This document shows, piece by piece, positions 42,463 through 55,946 of a stretch of 64,000 bases of DNA. How positions within the stretch are numbered: position 1 is the first letter of the stretch; every line of letters begins with the position of its first letter. Source of the stretch: Octopus sinensis (Eukaryota); NCBI RefSeq assembly GCF_006345805.1, contig NC_042998.1, positions 115,692,001-115,756,000 of the forward strand, given 5' to 3'. The notes beneath the pieces are model-generated. The model was not told where the DNA came from. It saw nothing but the letters and a program-made list of their open reading frames with translations, and searched no databases. The position numbers were made by a program, and so were the translations under genes.

Positions 42463-43166
42463 CATACAAATGGGACAAGAACGCAAAACATCCGGACAGC
42501 TAGGTGATACAAAAAGGACAACAAAACATCCAGACGGACGATATAAAGAAAATAAGGACGGGTCATTCGAAGTTTTCTATCCTCAGTCAAGATCCAGATT
42601 ATCCTCGCAATTTCGGCTGATTATTTTTGAGATTGCTCCAACCTGGCCAGCCCCAAGGAAAAACTATGCTAAGAACATTAGATTCCTTTGAAGAAAGCAT
42701 CGAATGTATGCAAAAAACAAGGACAGAAAAATCAATAAAAATAATAACAGGACATAACAACAGGTGCCATTCGACTAAGGACGAATTGAATTAAGCTGGC
42801 GCGTATGAAAATGAAGCTTTAGGGCAGAGATACATAGATTTCACAAACACAGGGGAAAAATATCGATGTTGCATGGACCACGGTAAGACCCAGAGCGAGT
42901 AGCCTGGCCGATCGGCCACGTAGGAAGAGAAGAGAGAGAAAAGTAGAAGGAGGGGGAAGAAAAATTAAGGAGGGGCGAGAAAAAATGACAGGGACACAGT
43001 GAAGTGAAAAGTGGAGTGAAAGTGAATAAGAAGATAAGGCAAAGAAATGTGAGAGAGGCGGAGCGAAAGAGCGAAGAGTGGAATAAACGAATAAGCGTGG
43101 AAGGGTTGATAGAAATAGAATCGTACAAGATTTTGTAAAATATGTACTTACATATAAGAGAACAAA

Positions 43167-43241
<75 letters not shown>

Positions 43242-43480
43242 TATTCTACCAATTATATACGTTTTTATTATATCTTGGCAATTTACTTAATCATTGACAT
43301 TTTATTGTTATTTTAATTTTAATATTTCTATTATATGTAATTTTCAAGATGGTGTAATTTAATTGTTCATTTCGAATTGATAAAAGGTGGTTTTTTTTCT
43401 GATTTTTTATAAATATATTATATTGTGTGAAATTTGATTTAGTATTTCTAAATTGAATTTTTTTCCCTGTAAGCTTAAAC
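41250..43480. repeat. Nest of inverted repeat pairs: A (41250-41800 / 42465-43100) and B (41820-42085 / 43240-43480)
   Basis: e.g. 41640-41740 ccttggggctggcc...cagccgaaattgcg vs 42600-42660; 41840-42040 cttacaggggaaaattcaatttag... vs 43280-43475. Arms are clearly homologous but diverged. Confidence 0.85.
42131..42400. mobile_element. MITE-like fold-back in (TA)n: ~115-bp inverted arms around a central (TA)n
   Basis: ttggc(t/c)tgctcgcttag...ggtcggtca...tgatca arms, roughly 85-90% identical by eye; (TA)n on both flanks. Confidence 0.88.
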
Positions 43481-43489
43481 ATTATGACA

Positions 43490-45230
43490 CTGAGGCCTCT
43501 TGTCAATTTCCCCCCCCCCCCAACATCGCTTGTGCACGTATACTCCGCCATCACCCACGCCTCATTTAAAACCAAGGCGAGTTTCGAGTCGACGTCGCCC
43601 GGCCACAAGCGATATACCTCTTTGAGTCCCTCCAGCCTACGCATCACGGGCAACGTTATGGCCTTCACAGCTATCTGCGGAGGCCATTCGGGTTCCCGTG
43701 TGAAAGTTAAAGGTTTTCCCTTATAGTGTTTTTCCACCACCTTTTTCTACTTCTCCACCTCTGTAGAAGAAAACCAATAATTTGTCTCCCTCCGGGGTCG
43801 AGGTAGTCAATTCTTCCGTTGGCGGCACAATTCCCGCCAATGGTATCTCTTCCCCTGCCGGTGGCACAACCCCTACTGACGCGGTTCCGTGACATTCCGG
43901 TGCTATGTCACTGACTGCCGGCAATGTCCCGTTTCTCTTCCTCTTCCTTTTTTCTTCTCAACCGGGGGAGGTTGCGTTTCCTCCGTGACCGGAAGATTCG
44001 CTTCCCCTCCCTCATCCCTAGGGTTCTTCCGGTGAGCACCCATTATTGCTCACTTTCTTTCTCTTGCGGCCCTTCTCTGAGGAGTCCTCCGCCTCCTCGG
44101 CCGCCTTCGTTCCTTCTTCTACAGAAGTCTCTATCAACTGCTCCAGGACTTTGCTTTGTTCCTGAGGACATTTTTTCTTTATATGACCAGGCTTCAGACA
44201 CCGATGACACCTGGGGTGAAGGAGCGATCCTCAAGGATCATCGGGTATCTGCATCCGGCCATCCTCAAAAAATCTGGAAAAACCAGATTATTGGCTGATT
44301 GGGTCCACAGGGCCAAAACTGCTTTCGACCTCGCCCAATCAGACGCAGGCAGAATTTTGACATTTAGGAGCTTGGGTCTACTGACACCCAGACCCCGACG
44401 GATAGTGTCTTCTATCCATTCGGGCTCTATTTCGTGTGGCAGCCCACACACCCAAGTTCTTGTGAATTTTCCCTACCATATGTGGGCAGAAACAGAATTG
44501 TCTCTCCTTCCAAGGGTTGGTTCGCAAAATCTTGAGCCTCCCCAGGGGTGTCAAACAGCAACCACACCGTTGCATATTTGACACCCCTTGCAATAAACTT
44601 AATAGTTGGCAGATATTCTGCCAACTCCTATTCAATGTCCGCATGAGAGAAGATAGTGATGGTGTCGAGGGACTTAGAATATATCCTCAACACCACCGTT
44701 CTCTCATTAAAGTCCTTTTCCCAGTGCTTGGGGGCCACAATTTTCCACTCCAATAAATTTTTTTTGTTGCCATGCTTGCAAAAGACAAAAATAATAATAA
44801 TGAAGAAAAATGTTCAACACAAAATCCAAAGTGTTCCAAATAAAAAGTCTAGTAAACACACAAAAAAGAACAGAAAGACAGAGCAAAGAAAAAGAACGGA
44901 GGAAGAAAGTTCAGTTCACGGCAACACAATTCCGCCACTCGGGTAATCCACAAGAATATAGGTACTCCAGTTCACCGTCGTAGCACACAAAAATTCCTCC
45001 ACGAATTCATAAATATTCCAAATTTTGGTATCGAAACACACCCACCAAAACATAGATTCTCACAGCTAAGTGAGTCACTCGGCGAGACCGCAGCAGACAA
45101 ATGTCTAGGACCCAGTTAGGATTTCTTATTCGAGGAAAAAACAATATCAAAAATGTGAAAATTCCCCACCAAATACATAAAACAACAGACAGATGCCTAC
45201 CTTGCAGTCGCACCTTCAACGGTTCTTTAA
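43490..45230 (-). mobile_element. Non-LTR retrotransposon 5' part: 5' UTR plus frameshifted gag-like ORF1 (L1/Tx1-like), ORF2 missing
   Basis: ATG at 44773. The reconstructed frame MATKKNLLEWKIV...TVWLLFDTPGEA...VCGLPHEIEPEWIE (RRM-like) leads, across frameshifts, to PRCHRCLKPGHIKKKCP (CCHC knuckle, ~44160-44215), then a low-complexity region. Clade assignment is inference. Confidence 0.72.
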
Positions 45231-48200
45231 TTCAGGACGGCTTCCAAGCACGTCTTGACAGTGTTCACTCTCGTAAGTGACTGACAAACTCACGCATGCG
45301 TAGCGAGGTAAGCAAGCTACTTACCACACAGCCACTCCTGCTTACGATGTATGAATGAAGGCAACGAATCCATGGCTAACTCGTTATAGAAGGGAATATC
45401 CCTGCGGGAGAATTCTCTGGCAAAATGTACACCAGAGACTCTTCTTATTGCAGCCACTAGATTCCACATATTGGACTTAGGTGTTTAGGATGTTGCTTGA
45501 AGTGTTGCATAAGTGTATCATAGTGTTGTTAAGCTTTCTGCAAGGGTTTAAACCTATTGTTTTTTTTCAAACAAATTAGCAATTGTTAAGTTGATGTCAA
45601 TAGTTATGGTTAACTCATACTGCTTATACTTATTCAGTCTATATAAATCTATCCATAATGTGTCTATTCACGTTATACGAGATATCAAAGCAGTGAAACT
45701 CTGAGCAACATTGAAGTGAATCGTATGCCACTTCTCAGCATGGACAAACTAAGTAATCTACTCTCCCGTTTGTAAATGTAAATGTATTCCCAATCCAATT
45801 CTGAGGAACTCTATTTACGAATTGAATATAAACAGTTTAAAGAGGAAAAAATATCTCATCCGTTATTCATTGAAGAACATTCAACTCGCAACCAAGGAAT
45901 TCTATACCTTGCGCCTTATCGAAAAATGGAAAGCGTAATCCAGCGCACACGATCAAAGGATTACAAGAACACCAACTGACAAGTAGAGATTCCAAAATGT
46001 AGAAGTATCCACAACCTTCAAAATAATTTGGAATCAGATATTACCACTCCGCGGCAGAAGGTCAGTTTCTGATACAACAATAAATGCTTCCTAAATATAT
46101 TTCAAGTAAACCTCAACGACCTTACACTTCAAGATAAAACCGAGAATATATAAGAACTGATCACCATTTCATTCTTCTAGCAAATTTTATTAAAACGTAA
46201 AATTTTCGCCACCTCTTAAGCCATAAATATAGAAGTGAAAAAGTAGCTTTCCCGCTAAAAGTAGAAAACCACGCGAATTATCTTACTGTGAAACATGAGA
46301 AAAATCAATTTCCCTCCAGGCTAAAATGCAGGTTAATCAACTTTTTCAAATAAGAATTGAAAATACCTACCAATTGCTTTCGCAATGCTATATTAGGATT
46401 AATACGAGACTAGAATTGCAGTGCTGTCGTTAAGTGATTTCACAGTTCATTGAACAAACCACACTGCAGATTCACTCGATTCGATATACTAGCATTTCAA
46501 CTCTCGATCTATTTTAAATCCCCTTAACTTTGGACGATGGAAGAGAATGTACTGCAATCAGGGATTCAGACACTAAGATAACTATGACCGCAACAAAGTT
46601 ACTTTTATACTACATGAAATCCCTTCAGGTGAAAAACTGAACGCAACCCTTTGTTTGATAACCCCAAGAGGATATCACTTGGCGCGAAGGTGGTCACCTT
46701 CATGCGCCTCTTATTCGTTCACATGCACAAAAGGTGCGCCGACTCTTATTGTACTTATTTAGACAGAGATTATGACTTAGCAATCTCATAAAACACAAAT
46801 AACCAGTCGCATTAGGGATAGAGACATAAAGGGCTAGAAAGAAATATTTAAGAATCAAGATGAAAGAGCAAACCGCACTTGCGTGTGCAAATTCCCATGG
46901 AAATTCAAGGATTTAAACATAAGTATAACCAACTACTTCACAACACCTACCTTCTTACACATGTCACTAGATCTAAATTCGAACAAATTCTGTCTTAACA
47001 GAATGATCAACGATGGTATTATATGCATGAGCAAAATTATGTCCAACCACCTTCCTTTTATAATTAGCAATTTTCCAATTCAAATGAGCTGGGCGTTAGC
47101 TTTAATAGTGCAGTACCTTATAACGATATAGTATTGAGAAATAGTTTTAGCGAGAAGCTATACGCATACACCACAGAAGAAACAGAAAAAGGATATTAAG
47201 TTCGTTTGATCCATCATTGAACATATGTAGTGTATAGCCAGGCAGAATAAATCTCTTTTTACCTCTCGTAAGAGAGTATTTTCTACATACACAAAAAGGA
47301 AACATATACAACAGCAATAACATTATGCAAAGTAATTCCTACTTGGATAACGTTATTCACATTAAAGAAACTACAATGAAAACATATACTGTGAGACTGG
47401 CTGGACACCTCAATACCAATGATATAACGCCAGAAATTTGACTCCTTACTCCTTCAAAAGATCTTGCCTTTCTAAAGTGTTGATGTTAAGAGTATCTATA
47501 AAAAATCAGAATGTTAAAGAACTATTTCAATGGAATTATTACAGAAAAACAACTCTGCACTCTTTCATCTAAAGTATGATCATTCGAGAAATATAATATT
47601 CAGTGTCTTTGCCAAAATACTGATGAATGAAGATTTGGGTAAATGAACAAAATGAATAATACATGACTTAAAAATATAGAGAGAACAAATAACTAAAAGA
47701 CGCTGTTAGCTACTTGAGGCTCCTTGAATGAGATGTTTACACTAACTTCACTATTATAAGCGAATGCGGAGTCTGAGCTAATATATCTAAAATAAACATC
47801 ACTGTCAGATGATAGAAGTTTTACATTTTATGGTTTTTGCACGTCATGACGGTAATTATTTCCTCTTCGTTTATCTTTCATAATGTCACAACTGACGGGA
47901 AATAATGACTGGCTAATGTTTATAAATAAAATCTAACGGGCAATTCTTCTTCCTCCGCCTCCTTTGTGAGCTGGAAGAATCGTTTGCATGCCGGATAATG
48001 TGCTTAGTGGCATTTTGTTCGTCTGTACGGTTTGGGCTTAAATTTCGCCGAGGTCGACTATGCTTTTCATCCTTTACGGAATCGATAAAGTAAGTACCAG
48101 TAGATTACTGTGGTTGATGTAATTGACTACTACTACTACTACTACTACTATTGATGTTGATGCTGCTGCTGCTGTTGCCGCCGCCACCACCACTGAGATG

Positions 48201-51200
48201 TCTGCATTTAGAGGACAGTTTCGGTGATGTGGCTGATGAAGAATGCATCATTTCATATGATTATTCCTAAGTTTCGTATGTCAACGTTCTGAATCATTGT
48301 GTGCTATCTGGCGTCAAATAATCGGATTTGTGTGCATTCCCACTGTAATTTTGATGTATTGAATATCATGTTGCTTTTATTTGTCCATTGATAAATGAGG
48401 TTTCGTTCATTTTGGAGTGTGACAGCATCTTCTTGATTTTGGATAGCCCATCGATATTTTTGTGTTATCAACTTGGTTCGTCAGATTGGCGGAGTGCACC
48501 TGATAGGATGATGATAAGTAACAATAGTCCTAGAACCTACCCTGGGGTATTTTCCTCTTTTCTCTAAGCGGAGGAAAATACGAAGCAATGACCTTTGTTT
48601 AGACATATTCTGAAAGATGGAGAGGAATTTAGGACCTTAGGACATGCAAACATACTAAAACTCATAAGAAGGAGAACGTGGAGAAAAAACATGATGGAGT
48701 TGGTCTAGCTGCAGTAGCGGAAAAGAAGAGAAGAGGAAGAAGGAAAGAAAGAAAAGGAGCGAGGGAGAAACAGCACCCCTTCTGGAGAAATAAAGAGCTA
48801 ATGCTGATGTAGAAGCACTTAACAAGGGAGAGAAAAAGAAAGATAGGGGTAAGAAAGAAACTGTGAGGAGGAAGTAGAATAGTTATATTTACTGAGAGAG
48901 AAAAAACATCAGACGAGCATAAAATATACTGTGCACATTACAAATGTACGTAGTACAAATATGTGTGACGTTAGCAGTTAACGTAGAAGACCAACTGATA
49001 TTCAAACCTCTCGTCAACTATGGATCCTGAACCAATGTAGTTTTGGCTTGTTTTCCCTTAGCGCTACTCCTTCGGATGCAGCAGCAATAGTAAAGCTCTC
49101 TGAAGATTACAACAAAAGGTTGTAAGTTTCAAGGCACTAATGACAACAACACACAAATGATACAAAAAATTACTGATAAACAGATATAGAATAATATAGT
49201 TCAACGAAAGATAATGTAGTCTCTTGACTGGTCACAGCAACTTGAAGGTTGCATGAAAATATACATATATATATGTACAACCTTCAAACACACACACACC
49301 CCTCTATTTAGTTCTTTTTAAATTTGTTCTTAGAATAACAGCATTTGTAATAATATTTACAAGCAAACTACTGTCTCTATCTCTGTCTATTTCTCCTATC
49401 TTCTCTCACTGCCAAATGCACGTAAAAGTGAGTTTGTTGTGTGAAGCCGAGTGATGGATAAGTCTGTCAACCAAATACAGGAACGGTCCAATGTGAGGCT
49501 TCTATAAATTTTCGTTGAATTTTGATAAAAAATCTGAGCAACGTGTGTTTAGTTTGGTAATTTAACAGAAAGATGTACAATTCACCCAAGTCGTACGTTA
49601 GATGAAATGTAAAATATATCACTTCAACATTGACCAGTAAAATTCTAAATTTCTCAGACAGAACTTTACAATTTCTATTCCTAATTTATAATCAATGATG
49701 TCGGAAATGTATCATATTACTATGCTGTCTTGTCCACTCAGTTTGGACAAACAAGAACATACACACATACACACAAACATATACACTCGCACAGAGACAA
49801 ACTTATATACTCATGCACACAATCTTAAATACATGCACATACATTTCTTTCTCCCGCGCTCTCTCTATTATATATATATAAATGCATATGTGTGAATGTA
49901 TATGTGTGTGTGTGTATGTTTATGTACGCATGCAAACATACACACACATACTCGCGCATAAATATACATGAAGAAGCTCAAGCACATTTATAGTTCATGC
50001 ATACATACATATTGGAGGAAAATTATCAAGATGTTATAACATGAATATTAATGTAGAATTATTCCGTATGCTTTTCGTCTGAACAAATCAAGTCTTTCTA
50101 ATTGGTAACATGACAAGACTGTGAGCTGATTTGCTTTCATTGGGTTGATGTTTATTTATAGAATATTTCTAAACAACTTTGTACTGATCTTTATCAAAAT
50201 TCAACACTACCCTTCAGCTATCAGCTGTCCGAATTCCTTATTACACTGAAAAATACTTTTACAAGTGTATTGCTTTTTTTTCTAATTGAAAATTTTTCAT
50301 GGCTTTTCTTTCTTTTTTCCGATTTCATCTGAATGAAATTGGCCAAATAATAGTTTTAGTTTGTTAGTTAGAATTTATTTTTCCTCAGGGTAAATTTCAG
50401 TCATATAATTTTCATAAGGTTATATTATATACAGTTGTCTTTTTTTATTTATTTAATTAGTTATTTAGCATTTATTTGTTTCTGAAGGCAAATTTAATTC
50501 ATAGAGTTTTCACACGTTTGTGTTATACATTATTTTTTTTTCAGGTCGAGTTGCATATCCTAATATCTTTGATTCTCTAAATTCAATATTATTGAATAAA
50601 TTGCTGATTTGTTATACAGTTATTATTAATTTTGAAACCAACTTTCGCTTCAAATAATGTGAGACGATTAGGGCAACTCTTGCAATTCGAAGCATTAGAT
50701 TATGACTAGCATGCAAGGCTACTTCTAAAACGACTTTCTATAGATCTCAGTTCACTCGGCTTCCCGGAAATGCAGATCCCACAATGGCAGCGGGTACTAA
50801 TAGAGTTCGCTGATCCCTGTATGCCTCAAGATTATTTTTATGTTTATCACGCTCTTCCAAATACAGAACATCGTCATCCTTACTGACCCCATACCAACAA
50901 CTATGACTACGTCGATTACATAATCCTTCATCCCTTCCCCAAACTTTAGCACCCCAAAATTCTCCACATACAACGCTGATACCATGCACCTAACTTTCTC
51001 TGATTTCATCAATAGACACCATGAAAACATCCTTCATTGACATCCAGTAGATCTTGTCTTAGCAAAATCACTACATCAATCATGAAATATTATATGCACC
51101 AAAACTAGCTCTAAGCGTAAAGAACATGCTACAAGGACCGTCAAAGTCGCTACAAAGCTAGGCAACACCACGGAGACTAGCAATGAACACACGACCGCAA

Positions 51201-53752
51201 CATAGAAATTACCGCATCACGAAACTAGTCTTTGGGACCAGAAAATACTTTAGCCACGACTGCCTTGAAGTTCAGGTGAGTGGAATGAATACTGCATCCA
51301 CATCTTACACATAGAGACAACTGCATTCAAAACGTTGCCTCAAAAAATGGCTTAAAGTCGATTAGCAATACAATTAAACCTCAGACGTATACCTCTGAAG
51401 TGTTTTTCTCTGCGTTTCTAACAAAAGTAAGCTACTACAGTGTTAGTTGAAACAGGCTTGCACAAATCAATCACCCCTCTTCTACTATTACTTTTCAAAG
51501 TCTGCACTAATCACTGCACTCAGTTCTTTCTCACATGACGTTATCTCTTTGGAAATCTTCCCTGACTTTTAAATGTTTCAAAGGTAATTCATACTGTATA
51601 TTCATACTCCTACTTGTATACGAACATTCGAATGGTAATGATCACTTGACGTTATGTTATCTCTTTGTCGATGAACTCATATCGTACGCAAATTTAGCAA
51701 CAGAATGTCTTACTAATCGCATTGCATTACACTATTTAATGTTGCTTTACTCACCTCACACTCTTCCAAATATGCCGTCGTTACGGATTTAACTTCACCG
51801 TTCGACAAACAATGCTATTAGTATTCTGGGATATATAATAGTAAGAAAACGAAAGAAGAGAATTTCGATTATCACACGTGGTGAGTTGTAATGCAAACAC
51901 ACATACACACGCACATGCGCACACATATATATATAATAAGAGAAGGAAAATAAACCCAGTTTACATAGTTTTAATATATTTTAAATGAAAGAGTATTGTG
52001 GTTGTCGACCGGTTTCTTTTTCGCTAATCATGATATTATTGTGATTTCGTATTTTCTTAAGAAGTTATATATACATACATACATAGCTGTAAGTACGTCT
52101 GCGCAGATATAATCCATGGAACAGGGGGGGAGTTGTGCAGTTTTGTAGAGATCAACTGCCCAGTAGATGTGAAAAATTTGGGAAAAGATTATTTATGAAT
52201 TTATGAGACCCATACCCAGACAATTGATTGTTGTTTGTTTGTATTATCATAGGCACACTGGGCCACATAACAACAGATCTGTATAGAAACTGACAAAGAA
52301 TAACGAAAAAATTGCAACAAAATAATTCAGATTCTTTACAAAGAGAGAAAAAGAGAGAAGGGTTGATATTAAATAAATATATTGATATTGTCCATGTGAC
52401 TAGTCGAAGAAGATCGACTTTCAGAGTACTGACATGCCTAGAAAAAGAAACGAAGTAAAATATATATCACTCGGCAACCAAAAGCATTTCACAGTCATGC
52501 ACCATGTATACCATAATATTTAGTTTATTCAACATTTTCTAGTTCTCTACTATTGGATACAGTAGTGGATACAAGTGGATACAATAGTGGGAGGTGCGTC
52601 ATTTGTAGCAAAACTGTGCGTCAAAGACGTCATCTTCATACGTAAGGCGTACAGAGTATATGATCCCGCCGACATGGTTAGACGAATTTTAAAACGATCA
52701 TGAAAATGAATTTAAAATGTTGGCTTCATTTGGTAACGTACACTGCGTTTGTTTGTGTTTTTAAAAACAAAAAGTTATAAAGTTATCAAAAGTTTATTGC
52801 TAATGCTTGCTTACTTTTTATATATCCAGTCTGTGAAAGTAAAAAATTTCGATTAACTTTAATCAAATAAGATATTCTGAGGAATATAGATCAGCGTTTT
52901 AAAGTTTCTGTCAAACTCATCATGATTACTTTAAAATTACATTCTCGTTAAATTTCCATTTGCTGAATATTATAAATGTGTAAGACGATAACAAACGATA
53001 AATTGCAAACATATGACTGTGAAGCATGTTAGGTTCAAATTAAGTATATACGAAACTAATACCCGCTTCTCTGTACATGAAACTGAAAGTGGAGATTAAA
53101 AAATAGAATTTAAAAGAAAAGGGAAAAAGACACAAACCTAATTAAGCGAAGATGAAAAGGTAATGCTGTAATTTAAACTTGCTGTGTAACTGTACACTAC
53201 AAAGCATGTACTGTATACAAGATATCAAGTCGTTAAAAACTGAGAAATACCGATTTAACAAAAGGGTATCAAGAAACTAAATGTCAGATCTATGAAGATA
53301 AGAACAATTAATGAAAGACCTTTCTTCTGGAATATCTGTATATAATTACTTATCAAGAGTTTCATAGCTCTAATTTAACATCATAATATAGATATGAACA
53401 AGAGTATCACATACAAGAGAAAATATTAAACGGTGGAACCCAATGTCCTACCGCTAAATAGGAAAGCTAAATTAATCGGATACATTTTGTTTATGAAAAT
53501 TATGCTTATGTAACTATTATTATTGTTAGTTGCTATTTCGTAAGTAATATGTGGATAAATTTTATTTCGATAGGAAAAGCATTAAGTTTTTTAACTTCAG
53601 TTTTTAAAAAAATGTATATTTTCGTTTACCTATAAAGAAATAATTTGGTCATTTCATCTTACAATTCTCTGTATTTTTCTGCTATAAAGAGGATCAGAAA
53701 GAAATTGAGAGGAAGAGAGAGAATGGAGTGAGATCGAAAAAAAATAAAGGTT

Positions 53753-53824
<72 letters not shown>

Positions 53825-54887
53825 GTGAGAGAAAGGGGAGAGAAAGAGTGTGTGTGTTAGAAAGAAACATACCCTGTAAGAGACTCTACGAAGAAAGTAG
53901 TATAGTGATAGATAAAAATGAGAGAGAGAGAGAGAGAGAGAAGATAATGACGTTGGCTTGTTTACTACCTCATCGCTTTCTATCGCTTTTTTTTTAAACA
54001 CTCATTGGATTTTGATGTTTTGAACTTAGTAGATTCCAACTGAGCAAAAATTTTCAAACTTTAGTTTTTGGTCTTCCAACTTTCACTGAAAAAAAAATAT
54101 ATTGCTGAACTGCTTATTGTACTGGTGGAGAGTTAAATATTCTGACTGTAGGATAGAAGAGGTTGCGAAAAGACAAGGGCCCCTTCAACAATATATCTCC
54201 ACCTACAATAAACAGAAGCCAAGTGTGCCTTAAATAACATCATATAGCCTTATGTATGTCTATATGCATGAATGATCTAAAAGCAGGAAAAGTAAGTGTC
54301 TTAGAATGTGTGTGTGTGTGTGTGTGTGTGAGCGTGTGTTCATGTGTATCTATATGCATATATACTTATACTCTTTTAATTGTTGGAGTCACTAGACAGC
54401 AGCCATACTGAAGGTGTTTTAGTCGATGGAATCCATCCTAGAATTTATTCTTCAGGTCTGGTATTCATGCAACCGGAGTTTCTTGCCGAGACGGCTCTGG
54501 TTATGAGCGCTTGACAAACCAGCTTTGATTGTCATGCGATGAAAGTCAAACAAAAATATATATATATATACACACACAGACATATGAAGGATGTACGATG
54601 GGCTAGCTAGCCGAAACTTCAAAGTCACTGTCAAAAACATACTTGTGTTATTATAATAAATTTGTACTCTGCAAAAGTATAGAGTAACCCATCAGATTAA
54701 CGTAAAATTGTTTTTATAAAGCTGGACATAAACGCACATACACATACATACACAAACACACAAACACATATGACTAAACAGAACCTGAAACATGGTGCAT
54801 TTTATAAATGTGCCTGTTAAAGTATCATAATAGCATGAAACTACTAGTAGCTCTTTCGGTTGTGTATTTAGTTTTATATATATATAG

Positions 54888-54945
<58 letters not shown>

Positions 54946-55887
54946 TATATATTATATATATATATATATATATGTATATATAATCAAAAGAAGCAAAATA
55001 AGGATATCGAAAGGTGATACAGTAAGACCGTTTCAAGTGACTCCATTTAATTGAACAATGTAATCATTAAATCAATTTAAATGCAGGGCTATACTCAGCT
55101 GCATAAATAAATACAATATTTAATCAGTTGGACACATAAATATAATTTTACTCAAATTCTCTAATAGAGCAAGAAGACGGAAATCTTTAATTTTATCTTT
55201 ATACAACATAACAATATTGTTTATATACAATCATGATAATTTACTCTGTGTTAACATCATAGGTTTTATTAGTGTCTTGCTTCTTTAACTGGTAATTAAC
55301 ATCTTGATTTGGGGTCTTCACCTACCCAGTCTCCTTTATAGACAATTACGTATACAAATCTTAAAATCCTGACAATATTTATGACCATACCCAACTATGA
55401 ATGGTCAACTCACTCCTGCCCTCCATTCCAAACAGACATTGCCCTCAAGCCTTAGAGTTGGTAGTTGATAAAAAAGACCACTACATTAAAAATGAACCAC
55501 GATCCTTTACAAGCTATGACCCTAACAAACTTCATTCAGCTCTTACAAGTGTTGTATATTCTTAGCTACATTAGTAGCAACATGGACTCTTTCCCTCTTC
55601 TTTCTCTATTAGAGAATTTGAGTAAAATTATATTAATGTGTCCAACTGATTAAAAATTCAATTTATTTATGCAACTGAGGATAGCCGTGCATTTAAATTG
55701 ATTTAATGACTGCATTGTTCAACAAAATGGAGTAGCTTGAAACGGTCGTACTGCATCACCTCTTGATATCCTGTTACTTATTTTGATTTTATTCACCTTA
55801 CTTTAAGTTGTACGGGTAATACCGCACTCACTTGGTGCTTCAACTTAAGTACCTAATTCAAAAGAATTTCAAATATTTCGTTATATA

Positions 55888-55940
<53 letters not shown>

Positions 55941-55946
55941 ATATAT

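Noticed and set aside
45780-47200. Stop-interrupted plus-strand frames suggesting a decayed LINE ORF2
   Set aside because: No recognisable EN or RT motif could be read with confidence.
48541-48609. Possible minus-strand mini-exon (ag|aatATG...AGG|gtaggt, phase 0)
   Set aside because: The peptide MSKQRSLLRIFLRLEKRGKYPR is not signal-like, and such splice-site pairs arise by chance; unsupported without RNA data.
50750-51350. Possible Penelope GIY-YIG-proximal remnant (TYNADTMHLTFSDFINRHHENIL)
   Set aside because: The resemblance is too weak, and no GIY-YIG or RT motif follows.
54560-54635. GGCT-AGCT-AGCC-GAAACTTCAAAGTC as a hammerhead
   Set aside because: There is no CUGANGA at the correct position; the flanks pair better as one long hairpin of an interspersed repeat.
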